A stretch of DNA of 64,000 nucleotides from Euglena gracilis (Eukaryota), in NCBI GenBank assembly GCA_039621445.1, contig CP154954.1:32078012-32142011 (forward strand), given 5' to 3'. Shown here piece by piece: positions 1-12,000 of this stretch. The notes below the pieces were generated by a model. The model was not told the DNA's origin, ran no database searches, and worked only from the letters and a program-made list of their open reading frames with translations. Positions within the stretch are counted from its first letter, which is position 1; every line of letters begins with the position of its first letter. The translations under genes and the position numbers were made by a program.

Positions 1-647
1 AAACGTCTCTTTGTTGCTTTTGACATCAAGAGCAGTCAAACGTGACCTAAAAATGGCCTAAAAGTGGCAAAACATGGTTAAAATGGCCAAAAGTTCCGAA
101 AGCAGGCAAAAACAACAAAAAAAATTCCAAATATGGCCCAAAATGACCCTGCTTTTGGCCGATTTGGGTCACTTTAGCAGCTTTTGTTCACTTTTGGCAA
201 CAAACTGGCGCAAAATGCTCAAAATGGTCAAATTGGACCAAAAAGAGACCAAAAAATGGGCAAAAATAACAAAAGAAAAGGTCGAAAGTGGCTTTAAATG
301 GTCAAAAATGGCCCTAAATGGCCCAAAATGGCCCAAGAGCAGGACAAAATGGCCCAAAATTACAAGAAGTGGTCAAAAAGTGGCCAAAAATGGTCAAAAT
401 AGGTCAAAATGGGTGAATTGTGGTGGCAAATGGGCCAAAAGGGGACAAAAGCGACCAAAAATGGCCAAAAATGGCCAAAAGTGGCCAAAAGTGGCAACAT
501 GAGCCAGATGAGCCAGAAAAATCTCAACATCTGGGATAAAAATGAGCCTAATTTTTCGTTCTCACTGAAAAATTGACATCAATTAGAAAAAATTTGCGCG
601 GTCGGCTGCGGTCGGCTGCGGTCGGCTGCGGTCGGCATAGGTGCCTG
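1..647 (+). mobile_element. Right end of a related hAT-like element with (GCGGTCGGCT)n array
   Basis: About four GCGGTCGGCT units (~597-636) followed by CATAGGTGCCTG, matching the right TIR of the TTTTAGGCCA family. Upstream degenerate AAAATGGCC repeats. Left end lies outside the window. Confidence 0.6.
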
Positions 648-3600
648 TCCGGCAGATACAATTATCACAGGCCTCATTCAAGCTCCTGAGGACTTCGAAT
701 GCTTCAGTCAAACAAAGCCATGCCCATTTTAAACAATAATGCAATAGCTCAAAAGAAGAGGTGGATATTTCATCTGTTGACTCTGATCACCAGGCACTTT
801 GAAAAAAAAAGGGCCTGGTCGTTGCATCGAGGAGGTTGGTATAGGGTGGATGCCACTGACAAAAACAACAATGCCATTTGGGATCGTGTGCTGATTTAGC
901 ACTAAAAAAAACCCACCGTACCACTCCAGTTAAATCATAAAGAGATATGAGCAATTAGTAGATAAATACTTTTTATTTTTATATATATATTTTTGTATCC
1001 TACCAGTGAAAAAATTAAAACAACAAGCATTGTGCCGCATAAGATTTCAGGGATGCAACATGTGGCTATTCACAGAATTTAACGTTGTATTGGGGGAAAC
1101 AACACATTTTTTAAGTAATCTCTGTGAATTTGTGTGAATTTATGGTCAAACCAGAGTGAGCTCCCCCCCCCACTCACAAAAAAGCAGCAACGGCAACAGA
1201 CGCAGCACACTCCAAATGAACGCCGACCGCGGCAGAGCTGGAGCGTGGCGCAGCTGGGATTATCATTAGGCAGGAACCGTTGCTGTGAGGTGCTTATGGG
1301 GGGGGGGTGGAGGGAGAAGGTGATCAATGTGGTGAGATGGGCCAGCTGAAGTGACTCGTGTCGGCGGATGGAGTAGAGCGTCTTCGGAGCCATACGGAGC
1401 AGTTGGATGGGGGCATCGGTCAGGGAGGAGGGGAGCGTGGTGTGGTCCCAAGGTCCCAAACCAATGCCCCCCACCCCTGTGGAGGACAGCAGGGGCGCCA
1501 GCAGCAGCGTCTGCGCAGCCCCCCGCCTGCCCATCCCCGAGCCGAAACCCGATCCCCCAGCCCACACGACGCAGCCCTCCCCCAACCCGGCGCCGGCAGG
1601 AGCGGACAACCAAGCTCACCCTCCTCCCATTCGCAAGAAATGACCCGGGAGGGGGGGCATTCTTGCGGCTGCTATGAGCTACTAGCGGCATTCCATCTCC
1701 CCCCTGGGGGGGGGGGGGTGCTGAAAACCCTTAGGCAATAGCCTGGCGGATTGTGCACACACGTTGTTTTGGACGCCCACCCCTCCCTTCCCTGTGCCAC
1801 GCTCTCCCTTTGCGCCACCATGGATTGGCAAGCCAGCCAGCCGTTCACGACACAGTTTTGCACTGCACACGCGCCTTCCTTGGAATCATTGGGAATCAAT
1901 TTCCCTTGGGCTGGTGCTCATGTGCGCTGTCACACACGCGACACATGGCCCATCCAGTGGTTCCATTGACCCCACACCGAGTAAAGACTGCCCAAGGAAC
2001 GCGGGGGAGGGAAAACACAAAATGGACCCTGAAAAACGCAAAAAAAAAACGCGAGTTTCCATGCAACTTCCTCCAGGAGCTCCCGGTTCTCTGCTGCAGA
2101 GAAGATTGTCAGCCTTCTCCAGGAAAAATTTGCAACCATATGCAACATTATGCATATGGTTGAATATACATGATGTGCCAAAATATTTTGTTGTGTATTT
2201 TGAATAGGTTTTGGGAATATGCTGATTCTGAAAAAATGCACTTTTTTTTAAAATAAAAAAAAGAAACTGGTTGGTGGTTGGTCTCACGGTGGTTGGTCTC
2301 ACGGAAAAATTAGGCCCAAAATGTGAATTTTATCTGAGTCGAAAAAACGTCACAAAAAAATAAAAAACCACCAGAAAAACACACACACAAACGAGCAAGA
2401 AACAAATCTTGTCAAAATAAAAAAAAAACACAAAAAAAAAAGCGGTTAAATGTGTTTGCCCCCATACAGTCCTCGGTCGACCATCTCCAGCTCACTGGAA
2501 GTTGGCCATGTGAGGACACACCACAGCATGGGGCATTACTGAATGAATACGAGGGACGAGCAGGTCACCCATATGCGGGTGCAGGGCCCCTGCCCCCGAC
2601 CACAGACAGGACGTCGTGTGGGGGGCAGCAACCGCTGCTGCGAGGAGTGGTATAAGCTGGGACTGGGTTTATGTCAGTGTGTGAACACAATAATTTTAAA
2701 TCAAATCACAAATCTAATTTAAATCAAATATTGAATCACACGTTAAAAACCTGCGGCAAAAAAATTTCAGCCTTCACAAATTTCGGCAGAAAAAGAAATG
2801 CGAAAACCAGTTTAGGTTTTATGCCACTAACCTTTCATTTTGCATCACCAGGGTTGGGGTATGAAGAGGTATCACCTCTGGTTTGTCGACTTGAAGAGGG
2901 GTTACAAGTAAGAGGTTCCCCGTCCTCCCAGTCGGGGGTGGTGGCCCACTCGCCCCACCCACCCACCCACCCACCCACCCACAAAATTGAACAAGCATTT
3001 GAATAACACAATAAAGACCTGGCCGGATTGCGCCTTGACACGGCCTGCCTCCCCAACTCTTGAACAACCTCGGGAGAGGGGTTCATTCGAGGTTAAACTG
3101 TTCAATGAATGCGTGCTTGAGATAAGTGATGCAAGGGCTTGGATATCTGGCCCGACATTCTGGGGAGGGTTAAAAGAGCTGCCCCCATGCGTGCCCAAAA
3201 AAGCATGCTTTGACCCCGGGGGACCTCCATCCACCCAGCGCAGGGAGTTCACGGAAAAAAAAAACATCAGCCAAAATGCCCTCAAAATTAACTTCTGGTC
3301 TCAGGATTAAAAAAAACTTTAAAACAATTTCACATCAATTTCGGCCATTCCCACCTTTTGAATACGGAGTTCACAAATTTACACCGCCTTGCATCAGAAT
3401 TTTTCCACCCAAGCCCCCTGAACAGGGCCCCCTCCTCTGGGAGGGGCAGGCTCCCACCCCACTCCCACCCCCTGAGGGTCTTCCAAGTCAAAAAAAGAAG
3501 CTGGCAAGAGTGCGGTCTTCCTTGTGAAGAAGCTTGGTTGGGGGTGCCCCGATCTCCAGCCCAACCTCTTCGATGCTCAAACAGGCTGACCACAATGGTT

Positions 3601-4111
3601 GGGCTTTGTGACTGGGGGTGCTGGGCCAGGAGGCGGCAAGCGGAGTCACCCTCAACGAGGGGTCGGGGGCCGCCTCGCGGGCCAGGGAGCTGACCGGCGG
3701 TGGAGGCGCGCTCAGATCCAGACCACACAGGTTTGAGGCGGAGGCGGCGCGTGGCGGTTGGGGGCAGCCCGGGAGCGTTGCGGTGGGAAGGCTGGGATGG
3801 GGCAGGCCGGCGCTGACCACTCCCAAGTGGGCGACGTCCCAATGAGATAGCCGGTCAGTCGCTGACACCTTTGGGCAGGGTATCAAATGAGCGGGGAGGG
3901 AGGGAATCCAGACCCCACTTCTCCTGTGCAAAAGAAGAATCTGGTGCAAAGCAACGGAAATTATTTTTTCCTTGAAAAAAAAATGCCCCAAAATCGTGGT
4001 TTTGCAGACTTTTTTTTTTTGAAATAAATCAGCCAAAACAGACACCAAAAATTTCATCTTCTCCGGCGCTTTTTTGGGTTCTAGTGGGGGACCCCAACTC
4101 TTGGTCCGAAG

Positions 4112-5695
4112 CAGGCACCTATAGTCAAGCCTAAAAATTTCCCCATTTTAGGCCATTTTAGGCCATTTAAGGCCATTTAAGGCCGTTTTAGACCATTTTA
4201 AGGGGTTCTGAAATCACAATGTTTCGTCATTTTTGTCCCAAAAAACTGTATCATAACGTGTGCAAACCTTCTCTTATTCAGTAATAAGAAATGTACATAC
4301 AAAAAAGCATGCAAAATTCATAAACAATGTATCACAACCACGATCAACAAATCTTAATTCATACCCATAGAGGAATTCTGAACAATAAGAAATTATGGCA
4401 GTGAAAAATTTTCAAAAAAAAAACGTTTGACAAATATTAAAGTTTATATTTGCGCAACCAAGAAAAGCGCCCAAATTTTTGTATTTTGTGAAATCTACGC
4501 CATTTTGCAGGATTTCGCAAAAAGAAGCCATTTTTCTGAAAGATGATTCTGTTGCATGGTGAAATTCAATGTGAGAGCTTAGAGCAATTCCTCTTCTCCG
4601 TGTTGGTTTTCCCCTTTGGGGAAACTTAATACTAAAAAGGTTCATAAACAGGAGAGAATATCATTCATAATTGTTTGTGGTTGTTTGGGTCACTTGATCA
4701 CTCGGCGTGATTATTTGCGGTTTTGGAAAATCCCCAAAATTGTGCTGGATCGTGATTTGAAGGAATCCCTGGTACGTAACAAAACAAATAAGCATGCACA
4801 TCTTTCAATTGAGATTTTTCCAACATCTTTCGTCTTTCTTTCCCTGTCTTTTCCCCATACTTCCACATTTGCACTGTTTCATTATTTGCAAAACAGACAT
4901 CGTTGCGCACCAAAAAAGATGGGAGTAAGAAGAAAATCCAGCTGTCCAAACCTTCAAAATTCAAATACCAAAAGAACGTTGGGGACCATGGGGACTGATA
5001 CTGATACTCACAATGAATTGCCACCTGTCTCAAAAATTTTGCCACTGCCTCAAAGTATGACTGCAATCTTCTCAAAAGCAATTGCCAGTTGTCTCATAAT
5101 CAGAAAAAAGAAGTGTCCATTGGGGTGGACAGTCAAAGAAAGTCATCCGACAGCCCCATCAAGAGGGCCCACGTTGTAGGCAAACTCCCGGCCAACACAT
5201 TGTACCCATGACGAGCATTATTCGGATCAGACGTGGATGCAAGAGAAAGAGACGCTTATGAAACAGAAACTTGTCTTCCAAACACAACTGTCACGAGGGC
5301 ATTCATTCTTGAGAAAAACCGCAATTGCTTTCAGAAAATTGGCAATTGTTTAGAGAAAACTGACAATTGTTTGGAGAAAATTGGCAATTGTTTTAGAGAT
5401 AATTGACCAATTACAATTGAGAAAATTGGCAGTTATTTTGATTTCCATACATATTTCACAACCAGCTGTAACAAAAGACACCGAAAGTAATTACCCGAAT
5501 GGCGTCAGTTGTTCACAAAAAAAATTGTTGTGTAACAGAATTTTTCCCATTTTAGGCCATTTTAGGCCATTTTAGGCCATTTTAGGCCATTTTAGGCCAT
5601 TTTAGGCCATTTTAGGGACCCCCACCTATAGGGGGTCAAAAGGTCATTTTAGGCCATTTTAGGCCATTTTGGGCCATTTTAGCTATAGGTGCCTG
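4112..5695 (+). mobile_element. Non-autonomous hAT-like element with (TTTTAGGCCA)n subterminal arrays, copy 1
   Basis: 13-bp TIR CAGGCACCTATAG / CTATAGGTGCCTG; 8-bp flanks GTCCGAAG / GTCCAAAG (7/8); decamer arrays near both ends. Confidence 0.85.
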
Positions 5696-8600
5696 GTCCA
5701 AAGGCAGGGGAACAGGGGGTGGTCTGGACCCTCCTCCCTCTGTACAAAACTCAACTTAATATCTTGCTGTTGGGCCCGGGGAAGAAAACCTGACACGAAA
5801 CAACGTTGTGGCAATGGCATGAATCGGGACACTGCGGGTAGCGCAGGACAGCGGTCGGGGGTCGGCCCGCTTCTCAGGGACGTGCACCGCAGCGGAGGGG
5901 GGTGGCCTCTGCTGGGGCGTCCCGGCATCGCCCTTTCCCAGCACAACCCAGTCACAAGGTTGCAGCCCTGGGTCGAGATGCAGCAAAGGCAGCGTATGCG
6001 GTGTGCAGGAGTGAGACATAGATGTGGGAGCGAAGAAGCGGGAAAAAAATCCGCGTTTTATTCCTCGCAGCGACTTTCCCGTCATATTCCGTGTTTTTGA
6101 TTGCTCTCAGCGGGGGGTGGTGCAACAAGGCACTGCAAATATGCTGGGGTCAAAGAAGGAAAACAAACGAAAGGAGGGCAAAACAATCAAGCCTCGTGCT
6201 AGTTCTGTTACGAACTCCCCGCAGTGTAAACGTCCCTCCAACTGGGATTCCCAAACAATTGAAGTTGAAATCTCCACTTTTTGTGCATTTTTTTCATTAT
6301 TGTTGTTGCATGATGAAGCAGGTTTCTCTCTGTTATTATTTTTGAAAGAAAATGTGAATGATTATTCAAAACATTGATGGTGCTGCATGATGAAGAACAT
6401 TGCATAATGAAAAGCATTTATCCGGTGGAACCAAAAAAAAGTTAGCAGGCAAATCTGTGAATTATCCAAAAAAAATTTCATTTATCTGGGAGGGAAAAAT
6501 GCAAACAGCCGGAAAATTTTTCAATTCATTATGAAAATATGAAAAATTCAAACTATGTAGGAATACATATTATAAAAAAAACTTCAACACCCGCCTATTT
6601 CAGTCATTTTGACAACACTGAACAACATTGCACCAATTTAATTTCCCTTTCCTTTTACTCTCCAGTATGATTTTAGAAAGAATCTGATCATTTAATGACC
6701 TGAAGTCTGTATGGGGAAAATCGCAAACACAACATTACGTTCTGACACGCCTTCAAATATGAAAGCAAGGCTGTCCAAAAAAAGGACTGCAAACAAAGCA
6801 AAAAAAAGCAGCCGTGCAAAGTCACAAACAAATGGTCCCGAACGGCAGAGCCCACGACAGCCACCCTGGCAAAGGCGAACGGGAGGTCGCTGAACCCCTT
6901 GGCGCGGTGGAGCCCGGGCTCCGCCGGGAGGTCAAAGGTGACGGCGTTCCGCCGCTCCTTTGGCGGAGGGTGACCCTGGACGTCCGGGGGACAGATAATC
7001 TCCTCTGCAAATAACCGGCGGAGGTGGATGGGGCAGGCGAGAGGTGGCCACCACGGGCTCCATATGTGCGCACGTGTTAATACTCTCCCCAGAACGATTT
7101 TTCAAAATAATTACGAAATAAAATAATTGGCAAAATGCAACAAACAACAAAAAAGTCCAAAAAGCCTGGGAGATTACACAGAAGGTTTTAAAAAAACAAC
7201 AACCAAACCCCTGCCTGTGATGACCCGTTCATTTCTGCACCTCCCTCGAAGTTGGTTCTATTTGGACGGTGTTCATTTTTTTTTGCGTCTTTGTAGGCCC
7301 ATGTGCCTGGGTTCTTCCACATAGGCTGTGACTGCAGCAGACTTGTGGCTAGGGGTTCACTCCCTTTCCTGAGAAGTGGAAAAGCATTTTGATCAATTTT
7401 GTACAATATGCTTCTTCTCACAAAAGTCATGTGTCATTCATCCATTTGAGGAACGCTTTTCCTCACTCACGGGCCATCAGAGTATTCAATGAGCGGGGAG
7501 GGGGAGGTCTGGAACCCCCTAGTCCCTCTACAAAAAAAATTCCAGCACAAAGCGCCATTTTGGGCTGAAAAAAAGCCCAAAAATCGCGTTTTTTTTGAAA
7601 AATTGGCTAAAACACATACCAAAAATATTACCTTCCGCGGCGCAAAGTGCCGGAAATACTTTTTGGTTCTGGGAGGGGGTCTGGACCCCTCCTCCTCCAA
7701 GCCTGGGTAATCTAATCCCCACTGTAAAAAACCAACACTCAGCTAATTCCCTGGGATCATCGGCGGCTGAGCCAAAATCTGTCGGAGGCGACCGAGCCTT
7801 TTGCAAAACAGACATCGTTGCGCACCAAAAAAGATGGGAGTAAGAAGAAAATCCAGCTGTCCAAACCTTCAAAATTCAAATACCAAAAGAACGTTGGGGA
7901 CCATGGGGACTGATACTGATACTCACAATGAATTGCCACCTGTCTCAAAAATTTTGCCACTGCCTCAAAGTATGACTGCAATCTTCTCAAAAGCAATTGC
8001 CAGTTGTCTCATAATCAGAAAAAAGAAGTGTCCATTGGGGTGGACAGTCAAAGAAAGTCATCCGACAGCCCCATCAAGAGGGCCCACGTTGTAGGCAAAC
8101 TCCCGGCCAACACATTGTACCCATGACGAGCATTATTCGGATCAGACGTGGATGCAAGAGAAAGAGACGCTTATGAAACAGAAACTTGTCTTCCAAACAC
8201 AACTGTCACGAGGGCATTCATTCTTGAGAAAAACCGCAATTGCTTTCAGAAAATTGGCAATTGTTTAGAGAAAACTGACAATTGTTTGGAGAAAATTGGC
8301 AATTGTTTTAGAGATAATTGACCAATTACAATTGAGAAAATTGGCAGTTATTTTGATTTCCATACATATTCCACAACCAGCTGTAACAAAAGACACCGAA
8401 AGTAATTACCCGAATGGCATCAGTTGTTCACAAAAAAAATTGTTGTGTAACAGAATTTTTCCCATTTTAGGCCATTTTAGGCCATTTTAGGCCATTTTAG
8501 GCCATTTTAGGCCATTTTAGGCCATTTTAGGCCATTTTAGGGACCCCCACCTATAGGGGGTCAAAAGGTCATTTTAGGCCATTTTAGGCCATTTTGGGCC

Positions 8601-10737
8601 ATTTTAGCTATAGGTGCCTGGTCCAAAGGCAGGGGAACAGGGGGTGGTCTGGACCCTCCTCCCTCTGTACAAAACTCAACTTAATATCTTGCTGTTGGGC
8701 CCGGGGAAGAAAACCTGACACGAAACAACGTTGTGGCAATGGCATGAATCGGGACACTGCGGGTAGCGCAGGACAGCGGTCGGGGGTCGGCCCGCTTCTC
8801 AGGGACGTGCACCGCAGCGGAGGGGGGTGGCCTCTGCTGGGGCGTCCCGGCATCGCCCTTTCCCAGCACAACCCAGTCACAAGGTTGCAGCCCTGGGTCG
8901 AGATGCAGCAAAGGCAGCGTATGCGGTGTGCAGGAGTGAGACATAGATGTGGGAGCGAAGAAGCGGGAAAAAAATCCGCGTTTTATTCCTCGCAGCGACT
9001 TTCCCGTCATATTCCGTGTTTTTGATTGCTCTCAGCGGGGGGTGGTGCAACAAGGCACTGCAAATATGCTGGGGTCAAAGAAGGAAAACAAACGAAAGGA
9101 GGGCAAAACAATCAAGCCTCGTGCTAGTTCTGTTACGAACTCCCCGCAGTGTAAACGTCCCTCCAACTGGGATTCCCAAACAATTGAAGTTGAAATCTCC
9201 ACTTTTTGTGCATTTTTTTCATTATTGTTGTTGCATGATGAAGCAGGTTTCTCTCTGTTATTATTTTTGAAAGAAAATGTGAATGATTATTCAAAACATT
9301 GATGGTGCTGCATGATGAAGAACATTGCATAATGAAAAGCATTTATCCGGTGGAACCAAAAAAAAGTTAGCAGGCAAATCTGTGAATTATCCAAAAAAAA
9401 TTTCATTTATCTGGGAGGGAAAAATGCAAACAGCCGGAAAATTTTTCAATTCATTATGAAAATATGAAAAATTCAAACTATGTAGGAATACATATTATAA
9501 AAAAAACTTCAACACCCGCCTATTTCAGTCATTTTGACAACACTGAACAACATTGCACCAATTTAATTTCCCTTTCCTTTTACTCTCCAGTATGATTTTA
9601 GAAAGAATCTGATCATTTAATGACCTGAAGTCTGTATGGGGAAAATCGCAAACACAACATTACGTTCTGACACGCCTTCAAATATGAAAGCAAGGCTGTC
9701 CAAAAAAAGGACTGCAAACAAAGCAAAAAAAAGCAGCCGTGCAAAGTCACAAACAAATGGTCCCGAACGGCAGAGCCCACGACAGCCACCCTGGCAAAGG
9801 CGAACGGGAGGTCGCTGAACCCCTTGGCGCGGTGGAGCCCGGGAGCCCGGGCTCCGCCGGGAGGTCAAAGGTGACGGCGTTCCGCCGCTCCTTTGGCGGA
9901 GGGTGACCCTGGACGTCCGGGGGACAGATAATCTCCTCTGCAAATAACCGGCGGAGGTGGATGGGGCAGGCGAGAGGTGGCCACCACGGGCTCCATATGT
10001 GCGCACGTGTTAATACTCTCCCCAGAACGATTTTTCAAAATAATTACGAAATAAAATAATTGGCAAAATGCAACAAACAACAAAAAAGTCCAAAAAGCCT
10101 GGGAGATTACACAGAAGGTTTTAAAAAAACAACAACCAAACCCCTGCCTGTGATGACCCGTTCATTTCTGCACCTCCCTCGAAGTTGGTTCTATTTGGAC
10201 GGTGTTCATTTTTTTTTGCGTCTTTGTAGGCCCATGTGCCTGGGTTCTTCCACATAGGCTGTGACTGCAGCAGACTTGTGGCTAGGGGTTCACTCCCTTT
10301 CCTGAGAAGTGGAAAAGCATTTTGATCAATTTTGTACAATATGCTTCTTCTCACAAAAGTCATGTGTCATTCATCCATTTGAGGAACGCTTTTCCTCACT
10401 CACAGGCCATCAGAGTATTCAATGAGCGGGGAGGGGGAGGTCTGGAACCCCCTAGTCCCTCTACAAAAAAAATTCCAGCACAAAGCGCCATTTTGGGCTG
10501 AAAAAAAGCCCAAAAATCGCGTTTTTTTTGAAAAATTGGCTAAAACACATACCAAAAATATTACCTTCCGCGGCGCAAAGTGCCGGAAATACTTTTTGGT
10601 TCTGGGAGGGGGTCTGGACCCCTCCTCCTCCAAGCCTGGGTAATCTAATCCCCACTGTAAAAAACCAACACTCAGCTAATTCCCTGGGATCATCGGCGGC
10701 TGAGCCAAAATCTGTCGGAGGCGACCGAGCCTTTTGC
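4885..10737 (+). repeat. Recent tandem duplication, units 2915 and 2933 bp
   Basis: 4885-7799 repeated at 7800-10732; TTTGC microhomology at 4885, 7800 and 10733; duplicated ORFs in the track. Confidence 0.97.
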
Positions 10738-11778
10738 CCGCTGGCCACCCGAGGCCTGGCTGGGAGAGGGCTCCGTGCCCACCTGCTCCAGCCGGTCGAA
10801 CGATGCGGCGCCGGGGCTGCGGTGCCTCATCGCTTGCTGCGGCGGGGCTGCGGCGCACCGCGGCCGGCAAGGAGCGAGGTCCCCGGCGATGTGGCCAGGG
10901 ACCGGGGCCGAAGCCGGCGGAGGGCGTGGGGGCGGGCGAGAACGGCCGCCGCCGTTCCCCAAAGGAGACCAAAACGCAGCCCCAAGCACGGCCAATGTGT
11001 CTCCCAGCGCCCGGCGCCCGCCCTGCTCCGCTCAAGGCGCTGTTCCCCGGTCCCTGGTCGCCTCCCGCTTTGCTTCGCTTGGCCGGGGGGCCAGCCCCCA
11101 GGGTGGCAGGGGGGGCCTCTGCACGGGCAAGGGTGCTGGGGCACGAGGCGGCGCAGCCCATCGGATGCCTCTGGAGGGAGAGTTCGGAGGGGACACCCAC
11201 GCAGGCACCCATCGGGGGGGGGGGGGGGGGGGGGCGCAGCCGCCGGCTGGAAAAAGGTGCTAGCGGGACTAGGTAGCTGAAAAAAATTCGGCACAATAAA
11301 GCCGAAATTTTTGGGGAAAAGGGGTCAAAAAAAGCCAAAAAATGGCATTTTTGGGAGGTTTTGGGGATTTTACCTCGTAATTTCTGCTGAAAAATGCCAA
11401 GCCAGCTGTATTTGGGCTTTTTGGGGCATTTTTTTACCACCCCCCAACCCCATCCAACAATTCAACAAAGTCCAACGAGAATCCGATCCATTTTTGTTGG
11501 AGACCCAACCCCTAGACCCCCCTACCCCCTCCCCTCCGGCTGACCCCGGCTAACCTCTGCCACAAAGCAGCTGGGGAGGCAAATGTTTTTTTTTGTTTTG
11601 GCGACTTTCGGTTTTGGTAAAATTTGGAATTTGTTCCTCTTTGTTCGTTATTTTTGTGCTTTTTCCCCGGCAGTTTGAATTTTTGCTGAAAAATTATCCG
11701 CTGTGTTCATTTCTTATTATGGCCCCAATTTCCCCCTGAGACCTTATTTTTTTTTTGATTTTTGCATTTTTTTGGTTA

Positions 11779-12000
11779 CCCGCCCCCCCCCCCCTTGTCG
11801 TACGACCGGGTTCCTGCAACCTGTGACCAGGGGGGGTGGTCGTAAATGTGGGGGCGGCCGTTGGTAAAGTGGAGTTAAAATTTTCGTAACCTGCAACCTG
11901 TGACCGGGGGGGGGGGGGTGGTCATAACACCCTATGACCTGCAACCTGTGACCGGGGGGTGGTCGTAAATGAGGGGTGGTCGTACGACAGGGTGGGGGGG
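11779..12000 (+). mobile_element. TA-flanked MITE family A (shorter variant)
   Basis: Poly-C/poly-G termini with TGTCGTACGACC / GGTCGTACGACA; TA flanks; same internal repeat. Confidence 0.85.

Noticed and set aside
74..502. 142-aa Lys/Trp-rich ORF
   Set aside because: It is a translation of degenerate AAAATGGCC repeats, with no domain features.
5545..5690. CRISPR-like array
   Set aside because: Contiguous 10-bp tandem units without unique spacers, no cas genes, and a eukaryotic transposon context.
10528..11440. Overlapping 250-aa GC-rich ORFs on both strands
   Set aside because: Frames are open because of GC content; paralogues at ~42100 and ~63100 do not keep the frame, and there are no recognisable motifs.
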